A stretch of 64,000 nt of DNA from Squalus acanthias (Eukaryota), in NCBI GenBank assembly GCA_030390025.1, contig CM059438.1:66218001-66282000 (forward strand), read 5' to 3'. Made by a program: the position numbers and the translations under genes. Below, piece after piece: positions 39,638-52,359 of the stretch; position 1 is the first letter of the stretch; each line of letters opens with the position of its first letter. The notes under the pieces were generated by a model. That model was given only the letters and a program-made list of their open reading frames with translations, was not told the DNA's origin and made no database searches.

Positions 39638-39843
39638 CTAGTAGTCGCACAACACCAGGTTATAGTCCAACAGCTTTATTTGAAATCACAAGCTTTCGGA
39701 GCGGCTGCTCCTTCGTCAGGTGACGGAGGAGCAGCGCTCCGAAAGCTTGTGATTTCAAATAAAGTTGTTGGACTATAACCTGGTGTTGTACGACTTCTCT
39801 TTTTTGTCCACCCCAGTCCAACACCGGCATCTCCGCATCATGA
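39638..39843. mobile_element. Fold-back Penelope pLTR insertion (second family)
   Basis: ~76-bp inverted arms 39643-39718 / 39721-39795; TTATTAAAG direct repeats flank. Confidence 0.85.
39686..39723 (-). ncRNA. Minimal type I hammerhead ribozyme motif
   Basis: UCAC CUGACGA AGGAGC AGCC GCUCC GAAA GCU U GUGA: stem I UCAC/GUGA, stem II GGAGC/GCUCC, palindromic AGCU in place of stem III. Confidence 0.75.
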
Positions 39844-40914
39844 TTATTAAAGTTAAGAATTCTCATTTAAAGGGAATGTTTTCCTTTCCCATATGAACTA
39901 TCCTTATGGATCCTTGGAACGAGACTGCTAATTAGTGTTGAATTATGGCCAGTTTTATGCTTTAGTTTCATGTCATCTTGGCACTCACCTGAGAGTGTCC
40001 AACAGCATTTTATTCAAGGCCCTTAAAGCTGCCACAGAGACAAGCCCCTTATCTCATTATTCAATGTTGCACTTGAACCTGTATCCAGCAGATGAAAAGC
40101 AGTGTACAAATACATGATACCATTCAACAGCCATTCTATTTTTATTTAGGAACAGTACACCTTTAACACTGCTGTTTATATGGTTCAGCAGCTCTGGCAT
40201 GTACCTGAGGATCAATGATAATGCAATGGCAGTGCCTGATGGCCAGCTCCAACTGCAGATGTTTCCTGCTGTGTTTTAGCTCAGTTTGAATAAATCCTGT
40301 TTGATTTGGCAATAAATCAAAGGAGCTCCAGACCTGAGTGGATGTTCATGCAAGACAAAGTCAAGTTGAACAAAGGTCAGTTTACAAAAACAAATCCTCA
40401 TTTGTCTTTAGTACGCAGTGGAGTTAGGCCATGGGATTCTAAATAATTTATTTATTTTCCCCTGCTCCCACTATCCCTGGAACTCATAAATTGATTCACA
40501 CCTTGAATTATGCAGATGGGAATCAGTTCAGCACAAATGAAAAAAATCCATTAGCCCTTAAATCTCCTGACCCAAGAAAACCAGTGCTTTTTGCAAATGC
40601 AGAATTAAATAAAATGAGTTGTGCACACACCGTACAGAACCACGGTGGGTTACTTTTGATATTTAAAATCAATCCCACCTAATTACACTTCAAAAATAAC
40701 ATAGAGTTCTTGAGGAGAAGATCAGCAGTAGGTACACAGCACTGAGCAAACGTCATGTTTTCAGCAACCATGCTCTTCACCTCCGACCTTCCCCAAACCC
40801 ATTGTCCATGCTAGAAAATGGAGAACATCTGCAATAGCTGAGGCCCAAAGCTTGATTTAAGTTTTTCTTTCTTTTTCTCTGCAATGTGCTACCCATTGAT
40901 AGCTTTTTAAAGAT

Positions 40915-41950
40915 TTGTTTATGGGATCTGGGCATCGCTGGCAAGGCCAGCATTTATTGCCCATCCCTAATTGCCTTTGAGAAGGTGGTGGTGAGCCGCC
41001 TTCTTGAACCGCTGCAGTCCGTGTGGTGATGGTACTCCCACAGTGCTGTTAGGTAGGGAGTTTCAGGATTTTGACCCAGCGACGATGAAGGATCGGCGAT
41101 ATACTTCTAAGTCAGGATGGTGTGTGACTTGGAGGGGAACTTGGAGGTGGTGGTGTTCCCATGTGCCTGCTGCCCTTGTCCTTCTAGGTGGAAGAGGCTG
41201 CAGGTTTGGGAGGTGCTACCGAAGAAGCCTTGGCGAGTTGCTGCAGTGCATCTTGTAGATGGTACACACTGCAGCCACGGTACGCCAGTGGTGGAGGGAG
41301 TGAATGTTTAAGGTGGTGGATGGGGTGCCAATCAAGTGGGCTGCTTTGTCCTGGATGGTGTCGAGCTTCTTGAGTGTTGTTGGAGCTGCACTCATCCAGG
41401 CAAGTTTAGAATATTCCATCACACTCCTTACTTGTGCTTGTAGATGGTCGAAAGGCTTTGGGGTGTCAGGAGGTGAAACACTCGCCGCAGAATACCTGGC
41501 CTCTGACCTGCTCTTGTTGCCACAGTATTTATGTGGCTGGTCCAGTTAAGTTTCTGGTTAATGGTGACCCCCAGGATGTTGATAGTGGGGGATTCGGCGA
41601 TGGTAATGCCATTTAATGTCAAGGGGAGGTGGTTAGACTCTCGCTTGTTGGAGATAGTCATTGCCTGGCACTTCTGTGGCGCAAATGTTACCTGTCACTT
41701 ATCAGCCCAAGCCTGAACGTCGTCCAGGTCTTGTTGCATGTGTGCATGGACTGCTTCATTATCTGAGGAGTTGTGAATGGCGCTGAACACTGTGCAGTCA
41801 TCAGCGAACATCCCCATTTCTGACCTTATGTTGGAGGGAAGGTCATTAATGAAGCAGCTGAAGATGGTTGGGCCTAGGACACTGGCCTGAGGAACTCCTG
41901 CAGCGATGTTCTGGGGCTGTGATGATTGACCTTCAACCACCACAACCAAG
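40915..41950 (-). mobile_element. CR1-group LINE RT/3' fragment (second family)
   Basis: GVPQASVLGPTIF, MFADD, LHHWRTVAAVCTIYK. Confidence 0.9.
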
Positions 41951-42459
41951 CTGGCTGAGAATGGGACCTTGCTATGTGAGGAGTTGAAGGGAACAAACCA
42001 CTTCCTATCATTATGTTCTACAATACCTTGATAGACTGGGTAACCTTTAGAAGACTATAAACCTTTAATATTTATTGCAGGTTTGTCTCCCATTATTCTC
42101 CTGATCTTTGTAACATCCAATGACTGCAATAAATCTTGCTGAATGACAGATGATCAAATATCTTTCATAACTATTTCTGAAGAGTGAATGGCCCTTTGTG
42201 CATGTCACTATGATTTTGACTGAAGAACAAATGATAGGCTTCTGTTTAAAACTGTCCTATTGTGTCTGCCCTTGATTGCATTATCTTCCTCAGTCATGCG
42301 TTGTTGCATTGTTTCTATTGTCACCAAGCTCACTCTGTATTTATCACAAGATGTGGACTGGATGTGTATAATTGGACTACTCCTAAAGAATATTTATAAA
42401 GGTACTTTTGGCAGCATTCAAGAAAGTTCACCCAATGCACCTTGTGACTGACGTTTCAT

Positions 42460-43350
42460 TGAATCAGTCCCAAATAACAGGATTGTAAAGTGACTCAGCA
42501 ACAGACGTAAAAGGTGGTAATGAATGGGAAAAGCTTTTGGTGAGAGCTACTGACAAGCAGAGTTCTACGTGGATCAGTTATGGGTCCCCTGCTGTTTGCA
42601 CTGTTAATATGAAAGAAGATATTTGTAATTGATGTGAATGATGTTGGTTTATGCCACCAGGTTCTGAATATAAGGGAGATTGATACAAAGGGATCAGGAC
42701 TAAAGGCGAAGAAATATTAGATGGATTTTAAGCTAAGTAAACCTAAGATTTTGCACATCGGTGTAGAACACATGAGAGTGAGGTGCATCATGAAGAATGG
42801 TCTTATAGCAATGGTACAAAATATTTGGAGTACTATTACAAACCCTTCACGATAGATGTCAAATCATTGTGAAGATGATCGAAGCAAGTCTAATTATGTA
42901 TTAAAATGCATCTCAAGGGTACTGGTTACAACACTGATGAGTCCATATTTGGAATATTGTGTGTGATTTGGTACAGCCTACCTTTTAAAAGGACATTGGT
43001 GTGTTGGAGATGATTGACCAGGACAATTCTGGAAATTGGGAACTCAAAACATCTGAAAAGAGATTCCTAGAACTCGTAGAGAAAAGATGATTGAGAGGAG
43101 GCATGATCCTGGTTTTTAAAATATGAAGAGGAATGGATAATTTTGACACCAACAGACATTTAATTTGTATTGTCAGCATGAAACTGGAAGACATGTGAAG
43201 AAAACTAATGAGCCTGAAGCAAAACATACAAGAAGGATTTTGTCCGCAAAGAATACTGATTTTGTGGAAAACATTCCAAGTGAACGTAGTAACAAGCTAA
43301 ACCTTTTGGAGAAGAGCAGGGTGAATATTTGTTAGAATAGGGGCAGGTTT
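42460..43350 (+). mobile_element. Ancient degraded CR1 fragment
   Basis: Remnants GSVMGPLLF, PYLEYCV, R*LRGGMILVFKI. Confidence 0.6.
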
Positions 43351-43464
43351 GGATGTTTTAAGGATGAATACAAGTACTGAATTAACGTTATATGCAACAC
43401 AATGGTTCTAGGGCTGTTGCGACTTTGGAAATCTCACGCCGAGGAAAAACTATTCAAACACATA

Positions 43465-44206
43465 GGGCCGGATTTTCCGCCCCCCCGCACGTGTGTACGA
43501 GGTGTGTACATACCCGTAGGGGCCTCGCAAGTGCCGGCTTCAGGCATGCGAAGCGCATGCGCGAAAACCCGGCACTTGCGATCTTGACAGATCATCCGCA
43601 TGCCCAAGAAAAGTGTCTCTGCGGGCGGAGAGTTGCGCTATTTGCACAGCTTCCACCCGCTGAATGACTGTCAAATTCTTACGCCTGGTAAAAGCAGGCC
43701 TGCTTTTACCAGCATAAGAGTTTAAAATAACATTAAAAAAAAAATTTTTCAATCATTTAAACAGTAAAAAATCTGTGCAATAAGGTAAGGTTATTTTTAT
43801 CCCCTTTAAAACAGTTAAAAAATTTAAATTTTGTTTAAAATATTTAATTAAATGGCATTTTAATTAATTTTATCTATGTTATGGTTTTTAATTATTTATT
43901 TTAGTGTGTTGGTGCATTTTTGCAGTCATCCCCATTCATACTTTTGACAGTTCTGTGCGTACGGGCCTGTCAAAAGTATGAAGGGGGATTCCCTTCTTCC
44001 ATTGGTTGGGCTGGCCCACGTGATCCCAGGGACGCTTGCGAACTGCATGCGCCCCGTGGGATACCTGGGCCTCTGCGCATTTAGAAGAGGAGAGGTCCAG
44101 GATCGCAAGCCTCGGCATCTACGGAACCAGCAGATAAGTTCGTAGATTTTTTTTCCGATCGGAGTATTTCCGCCCGCATGAAGCCTCCGATCGGAAATTC
44201 AGGGGC
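43465..44206. mobile_element. Harbinger-type MITE
   Basis: Ends GGGCCGGATTTTCCG / CGGAAATTCAGGGGC; ATA TSD. Confidence 0.88.
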
Positions 44207-44259
44207 ATAATGTTGGATATAAGATGAGACACACTATTAAATATGAGCTTGCTGCAGAT

Positions 44260-44550
44260 ACTTTATCCTCTCATCCGTGCCTTTGTCACCTCAAGACTCG
44301 ACCATTCCAGTGCTCTCCTCTCTGGCCTCTCATCTTCTACACTCTTTAAAAACTTCAGTTCATCCAAAAGATGTTGCCCATATCCTTTCCCACACCAAGT
44401 CCTGTTCACCCATCACCGTCTCTCTTTGCTAACCTACATTGGCTCCCGGTCTGCCAACGCATCAAATTTGAAATTCTCATCATGTTTACAATGCCTTCAT
44501 GGCCTCACCTGTTCCTATCTCTGTAACCTCCTCCAGCCCTACAACTCCCC
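44260..44550 (+). mobile_element. L2 LINE fragment
   Basis: LIRAFVTSRLDHSSALLSGL. Confidence 0.8.
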
Positions 44551-45090
44551 TTCCCCAGAGTTCACCTTCTTCTCAGAAATTATACTCTTTAATGGCTTGG
44601 ATTAAATAATGTCAATTGGTATGAAAGGACAGCGAGGATCTATAACCAAATTGCCTTATGGAAATGATGGCAGTTCCATTACCAGCAGTGGGGGAAGATT
44701 CTCTGCACATGTTATATGTAACAACACCTGAATCTGGTTTATGAAGAATGTGGTTGTGATTTTGCTTCAAATAGTGCACAGAGAAAACCTTTCCCTACTA
44801 TGTACGTCAGCTGTTTATTTAATACCGTGCATGTGCCAAGACACCGTGAGGCACTCCAGTAGCTGCAGTGTGTTTTCTCCTGAATTCCTCTTTGTTACAG
44901 ATCCCATTTAATGCTATAACTCCCACAATCCCCCCCCCCCACATCCACAGCTAAATTCCCTAACAAGTGGGCAACCTTTTTTTTTAGAAAAAGAACATGA
45001 TTTTGTTTAATTGTGTAAAAAAATGCAACCACTGTACTATTGGTTAAAACGCACAGCAGGCATTAATTTCAAAATTCAAATTTCAAAATG

Positions 45091-46280
45091 TCCTGGCCAA
45101 TATTTATCCCTCAATCAACATCATTAAAAAAAAAAAGATTTTCTGGTCATTATCACATTGCTGTTTGTGGGAGCTTGCTGTGTGTAAATTGGCTGCTGCG
45201 TTTCCTACATTACAACAGAGTGACTACACTTCAAAAAGTACTTCATTGGCTGTAAAGCGCTTTGGGACATCCTGAGGTTGTGAAAGGCGCTCTATAAAGG
45301 CAAGTCTTTATTTACTTTCCTCCGATTCTGGCCTCTTGTGCATCATTCCCTGCCTTCAGCTGCCTCGGCCCCATGTTCTGAAATTCCCTCACGAAACCCT
45401 TCCACCTCTCCGCCTCTCTGTCCTCCTTTAAGATCCTTCTTAAAACATACCTATTTGTCCAAGTTTTTTGGTCACCCCTCTAATATCTCCCTTGGCTCAG
45501 TCCCCATTTTTGTCTAATTACGTGACTTGGGATGTTTCTCCACATTAAAGGCACTATATAAATACAAGTTGTTGTTTTAAACTCAAGGGAATACAAGCCA
45601 AGTTTATACAACCTATCCTCAGAATTTAACCATTTAAGCCCTGGCATCATTCTGGTGAATCTGTGCTGTATCCTTTTCAAGGCCAATATATCCTTCCTGA
45701 GGTGCGTTTGCCAAAATTGAATGCAGTACTCCAGCTGGGGTCTGACAACAGTCTCTACAACTGAAGCATAACTTTCTCCCCTTTGTATTCCAGCCCCCTC
45801 GAGATAAAGGCCAATACTCCATTAGCCTTTTTAATTACTTTTTGTACCTGCCCACAAGCATTTAGCCACCTGTGTATCTGGAATCCCAAATCCCTTTGTT
45901 CTTCCACAGTTCCTATTCGCTCACCATTTAGAAAATATACTGATTTGACCTCACACTTATCGCCACTCTCTGTCGCCTACCTCCCAACCGATTAGCAATG
46001 CAGCTCGGAAGGCATGGACACAGGCTGAGGCCCACAGGTGTGTCCGAGAGGGAGGGAGGTGATTGAGAGGAGGACAAGCGGGGGTCGGCAGCATCCACAG
46101 GACTGCTGGTTAGGCCGCTGGATGGCCTGAAAAAGCAGTCGGAGCTTGTGGCAATGCCAGCTCTGGCTGATCTTAATCGATTTTCCGAATGAGTCCGGAA
46201 ATGGTGAAACAGAGGCAAACGTATGATCTTTTGTGAATGTACGAACTAAGATGGGTCGAATGATCTCCCTCATTTGTAAT
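45091..46280. mobile_element. Cluster: Deu-SINE 3' part (+, ~45091-45310), L2 3' end (+, ~45315-45575), CR1 (-, ~45575-45960), CR1-like 3' end (+, ~45960-46280)
   Basis: Recognisable family motifs in each block. Confidence 0.7.
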
Positions 46281-47429
46281 TATCTTGTGAGTAGGAATGG
46301 AGTTAATGCTTCCATATTAAAAAGGGGTCAGGAGTTAAATTGTAACATTTATGGTATACGTTTAATTTTACACAAACACAACTTGTAAACATACTTCTAA
46401 CAGGCAAGCTGGTCTTTGACATAGTTTGAAACCATTGCTGCTGTCTTGGGGAATTGGCGTAAAAGATTTGATGCAGTACACACAAATCAGGAATAAATAA
46501 TGCCTTTTCTTTTGTCCTCATGTGATAGATAGAAGATTGCAGAACCCTCCGGGAGAGTCCTTGAGTGTCCTTTAGAAGCTGGTACAACCTGCTGCTTAAT
46601 GCATTACAATGGTTCAGATAAGCCATTAGGTAAAGGTGACATACAAGAATCATTTAAATTTTTCAGTCCACTGTTCTCAATGCTTAAACTTAAGGGGAAT
46701 TGTTTCACTGTATGTTCCTTTACAGCAATAATTGCCCACAATGTAATATTAGAAAAAGATTAGCCCCTGTTTCCAACTGATATTTCATTTCTTTCATTCA
46801 GCCTGCGCCAGGCATCTGTGCTGTTGAACTGAGTTCCTTTCCTTCTTTACATCACTCTTAAAGGTCCACTCTCATCAAAAGATTTTCTGGCTGGCATGAG
46901 ATCACGACAGCAATGCTGTTTCTCGACGACTGCGAAGATGAAATCCGCTTTAGACATTTGGGCTTTGCCAATTACTTGATGGGCAAGTGCATCGCAAGGC
47001 ATTATGCTGGATCAATGCCCAGTCTGTGTTGTTAGCTGCTCTCAGTCAGGGTGGTTGTCTGCAGATCACCTTCAATGAATACAATCTGTGAACAGACAAG
47101 TCTGTTGAGGTGACATTGACGTTGTCCCCGACCTCGGTGGGGCTGCATCTGGAGGGAGGAAATGGAAAGACTATTGAGGTATGGCTGAATGACTTTGTTG
47201 CTGCCAATTTTCTCCAATCCCTCCTCTCCTGCAGGCACAGAGGATCTTGCTCAATTACTTTTTAAAACTTGGGAAGCGACTTATTGTAAAACTGGTGAAT
47301 TTAGACCTGGGCCTCCATCTTAGAACCTCACAAACTTTTTTCTTCGGGGGAAGGGGTGATCCTGACAATTTGGCTGCTTTTCATACAGTGAAAAGGAACA
47401 TGTGATATTGAATTCCATTGAGTGTCACC

Positions 47430-48348
47430 TTACAACAACAACAACTTGTATTTATATAGCGCCTTTAACGTAGCAAAACGTCCCAAGTCGCTTCACAGGC
47501 GTATTATAAGACAACAAATTTGACACCGAGCCACATAAGGAGAAATTAGGGCAGGTGACCAAAAGCTTGGTCAAAGAGGTAGGTTTTAAGGAGCATCTTA
47601 AAGGAGGAAGGAGAGGTAGGGAGGCGGACAGGTTTGGGCAGGGAATTCCAGAGCTTAGGGCCTAGGCAACAGAAGGCACGACCACCAATGGTTGAGTGAT
47701 TATAATCAGATGCTCAGGAGGGCAGAATTAGAGGAGCGCAGATATCTCGGGGGGGTTGTGGGGCTGGAGGAGATTACAGAGATAGGGAGGGGCGAGGCCA
47801 TGGAGGGATTTGAAAACTAGGATGAGAATTTTGAAATCGAGGTGTTGCTTAACCGGGAGCCAATGTAGGTTAGCGGGCACAGGGGTGATGGGTGAACGGG
47901 ACTTGGTGCGAGTTAGGACACGGGCAGCCGAGTTTTGGATAACCTCAAGTTTACGTAGGGTGGAATGTGGGAGGCCAGCCAGGGGTGCGTTGGAATAGTC
48001 AAGTCTAGAGGTAACAAAGGCATGGATGAGGGTTTCAGCAGCAGATGAGCTGAGGCAATGGCAGAGACGGGCGATGTTACGGAGGTGGAAATAGGCAGTC
48101 TTAGTTATGCCATTGATATGTGGTCAGAAGCTCATTTTGGGGCCAAATATGACACCACAGTTTGGTTCAGCCTCAGACAGATGTTAGGGAGAGGGATGGA
48201 GTCAGTGGCTAGGGAATGGAGTTTGTGGCCGGGACCGAAAACAATTGCTTCGGTCTTCCCAATATTTAATTGGAGAAATTTCTGCTCATCCAGAACTGTA
48301 AGTCGGACAAGCAGTCTGACAATTTAGAGACCGTGGAGGGGTCGAGAG
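47430..48348 (-). mobile_element. L2 LINE 3' end
   Basis: (CAA)n tail, TTTATATAGCGCCTTT; LIHAFVTSRLDYSNA on -. Confidence 0.9.
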
Positions 48349-50753
48349 ATTACATTTATCTGTGCCCCTCACCCCCTCAAAAAAAAGTGCAAAGAGTAAC
48401 GTCCCTTACATGAACCAAGGTCATATGTAATCTGCTAGGGATTCCAAAGCCCCTTCATCACACCTCTCGAGTCCAAATGAATGAAAATAATGCCATAAAA
48501 AAGCATGAATTTTGCAATAAACCGACTATAAAATGAGTGAGTCATTTTCTGCAGTGACTGCTATTTTAATTACGTGTAAATTTTGATTGCGTTGCTCATT
48601 TATAGAGCTCTGGGAACACTAGCCTCTAACGGGCATGACAAGGAAATAATGATAAAGTACACGTATGTGAAAGTTTTCTGGAATAGCCAGAATATTTGAA
48701 AATTGGCAAAAACTAATGCGCAAGCAATAATGGACAAGTGGGACTCCAGAGGGTTGTAATTGAAGATCCACAGATTGATTGAAGGGCGGAATCACGGGTT
48801 GACAACTTCAATTAGGAAACCTATTCTGAGTTACATCCTACAGAGTGAACACGTGCCCGTTCCTGCAATCCAATCAAACCTTAAAGCAGCACTATTGTCT
48901 TGCAAAAAACAGGCTAATAAATGGAGGTGACCGCAGTGATGTAATCAGTAACCTCTTCATGTCTTAACATTGTACAGTGCGTCTGGCATTTAAAAGTACT
49001 GTTTATTAAAAAAAATTAGGCAGTCATTTCAACAACTGAAATTATGCTCTTTGTTTTTTTCAGTTGCGATTTTTTTTAAATGTTCCTCCTTTACAATTCT
49101 TCAATAATCAGGATTTAGTGACCTTAACATGAGCCTTGAAGCTTCATTTTGCACAGTAGATACAAATATTAAACCATCCATCTTGATGATTAATAGCGAA
49201 GAACACTTAAGTGCTACTTATGACTACTTCCTATCTTGGCTGCTGCTCTTTTGCTCTGTAACCTTGTGATGTAAATTCTGTACGGTACGCTTATTCTTAC
49301 TTTGTATAAATTCAAATTCCACATTGCTTAAAAAAAAACAATTTATTGGGGGGGTGGCGGTGGATGAAGCAGAGGCGGAAACCTCCTGATGGTCAATAAA
49401 GTGACAGCGCACGATTGATTCAGAGGTGGCTCTTTCTGGCTTTTACCAGGACCACTGGAGCAGAAAGACCTTCATCATCTGAAGTTTTTTTCTTGCCAAG
49501 ATGTGATTCCACTCGGCCTGCCTGCTCCGTGGTATCTCACCTAAAGGGGCCAACTCAGCGGTGTGTGAGGCACCAGGGATCTCCATCAATTGAGTGTCTT
49601 CACTTCCTTGCCCCTCCAGTGCTGCTGCGGAAGCTGAGTGGCTGGGGTTGATGACAGCACTCCAAGGGAAACGGGCTGTAAGGGGACAAAGATCTCCAAG
49701 AAACAATTTGACTCCAAGCTAAAAAGGCCCTGCTCACCTGGCCCCAAGTGGAGGTCAACCCCACTGAATGTCTGGCTGCTCCTCTGCTATAGAAACTAAT
49801 CTGCTGCGCAAACATTTCCAATCATCCTGTAACTAATTGAAACCTGCGAGCCAATTAATACATCATCTCATTTCCTCTACTTACTGCACAGCATGTGGTA
49901 AAAGCTGCAGAGGTACTCAGCAATTCATTTGCCATGGATCCATACCATTTAGATGTGGAGATATTGAAGCTGGCAGGCGATTAAATATTCTCACAAGTCT
50001 ATATTATTTCTTTTTACTCTATAAACAGTCTGTGTTAGTGTAGTTAGAGATCGCCAGGTTCAGTCTTTTTAAATCAATTTCATAAGGACCCTGATATATG
50101 AGCATTTTGTTCAGAAGTCCAAAATTAAGAGGTTATAATATCCAGAGTGGTATTATTCCCCACTCTTTCACGTTCTATTGTCCAAAGCATCCATCAGTTT
50201 AGTCGCTGACCACAAAACTCAATTCTTAAAAGTATTCATTCAATTCACTGAACATAGATCTGGATAAATAATTTTGGACAAAATGCTTTTGTTTCAGTTT
50301 AAGGTGGCCGTTTATACCCTGTTTATATTACAGCGCTGCCTGTGGAGGTGGTACAGATGCTCCTCAGGGTATGAGCCGCCCCCCATGAGGTGATCTTTCA
50401 ATTGGCAAACATAAGTGGGTGCTGGTATTAAGTATGGTTTTTCCTGGCTGTGAACAGGCCCCATGACCATTGCTATGTCACTGCAGATGATGCCTATTGT
50501 CACCCCCCCCCCTCCCCCGTACCCTGCATCTGACATTGGGGACGATCAACAAACAGGATCTGAGTCACAAAGATGAATTTTGAAGGACATCTGTACTATC
50601 TACCTTGTGTGATCCTATGCATTTGCTACGTTAAAGGCGCTATCGAAATGCAAATTATTGTAAGGTGTTGTTGTTTGCAGTTGCTTCAGTCTTGTTACTA
50701 GCGCTTTAAATCTGCCCACAATATAAATGGGGGAAATTCAGAGCACCAGCAAC

Positions 50754-50911
50754 CAATGTTCCCTGGAAGCTGCCTTTTGTTCTGCGCGGCCTGTTTCTTT
50801 TAATGCGCGGTCCCTTTAAATTTCTGTGCATGTGCTGAATTTACAATGTAAAAGCGGGACCTTTCAGATTACGGTGCGGCTGTGCGCACGCGCACCTTAG
50901 CGGGAACATTG
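50754..50911. mobile_element. hAT MITE
   Basis: TIR CAATGTTCCC / GGGAACATTG; perfect 8-bp TSD CCAGCAAC. Confidence 0.92.
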
Positions 50912-51306
50912 CCAGCAACACCTCATGCATTCAAGAGCTTTGTCCTCTGTAATGCACTGGCAGATAGTAAACTGGAATAGTTTCATTTTGTGGATGTCAA
51001 TGTAAAAATTTGAACCAAAGTAGAGGTGTTATTTGACAGGGAAGTGTCCAAATTAATGAAGGAAGCAGTGAGTTGGGTATAACTGCTAACTGATGTCTCC
51101 AAGGGTCTAATGTGGGATGTTAACTGTTCACAGTTTACATTCATTAAAGCAATGCACAGTCACTGAAGTTTATTTTGTGTATTCAGCTAATACAACCATT
51201 CTACGTAGTTCCAGTGCAGTTTACAGCATCACTAAAAGCTTTGATTTCAGATCTACAATGTCATGACTTGCCTGGCAGACTAGCAGGGTCATAGTTTGAA
51301 CCAATA

Positions 51307-51880
51307 GTGCCAGCCTTGGCTCAGTGGTAATACACTTTGCTCCAAATCAGAAGGTGGTGGGTTCAAGCCCCATCCCAGAGACTAGGTCACAAAATCGAGA
51401 CTGACATGTCAATGCAGTACTGAGTGAGTGCTGCATTGTCAGAGGCCCCATCGTTCAGACGAGACATCAAACCGTGATCCTTTCTGCCCCCTCTGGTGGA
51501 CGTAAAAGATCCCTTGACACTATTTGAAGAATGCCATGGGCAACATTTGTCCCTCAACAAAAGCAAAATACTGGAAATCAGAAATACAATACTGAAAATG
51601 CTGGAAACACTCAGCAGGTCAGGCAGCATCTGTGGAGAGAGAAACAGAGTCAACGTTTCAGGTTGATGAACTTTCGTCAGAACTCAACTACCATCCTGAA
51701 GAAGTAGATTAATCGGTCATTCATCTCATTGCTGTTTGTGGGACCTAGCTGCGTGCAAATTGGCTGCCATGTTTGCCTGTAAACCAGCAGTGACTACACT
51801 TGCAAAGTAATTCATTGGCTGTGAAGCACTTTGGGACATCCTGAGGATGTAAAAGGCACTATGTAAATGCACATTCTACC
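51307..51880 (+). mobile_element. Deu-domain SINE interrupted by a Penelope pLTR fragment (51559-51682, -)
   Basis: A/B boxes TGGCTCAGTGG / GGTTCAAGCC; CTCAAC duplication around the insert. Confidence 0.85.
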
Positions 51881-51934
51881 TTTCTTTCTTCAAGTAAAGG
51901 TACTTTTATGTTAAACAGTGAACTCACTGCTCAG

Positions 51935-52359
51935 AGATTGTGAGTGTTCTCTTCGCACCATGCTCCCTGAGCCCAAACATCAACACAAACATACCTTCAC
52001 TTTCTATTGAATCTGGGGACAGACACCCTACGTAGAGGTTTGGACAGAGATTGATCGCCTCGGACCAAATCGGGTAATATCAATATAAGTTGTGAGTCTT
52101 ATATTTTGGAATTGTACTTTAAACTACAAACGGTGTTTGTTAAGCATTTATTAAAGATAATTCTTTGTCCGCAAAATCTGTTGCCTGTGTGTTTGTTCCG
52201 ACCAAACTTACACTTGAACCCTAAAAGGAAAAGTTGCTAACCTATTTGTTCAATCTTTCGAACATCTAGCGAATTCGGAGCAACAGATTGTGAGTGTTCT
52301 CTTCCGCAGCACGCTCCCTGAGCCCAAACATCAACACAAACATACCTTCACTTTCTATT
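51935..52359 (+). repeat. ~74-bp direct repeat pair flanking an LTR-like segment
   Basis: 51935-52008 closely matches 52285-52359. Confidence 0.9.

Noticed and set aside
51307..51385. tRNA gene
   Set aside because: SINE head with A/B boxes, continuous with the SINE body
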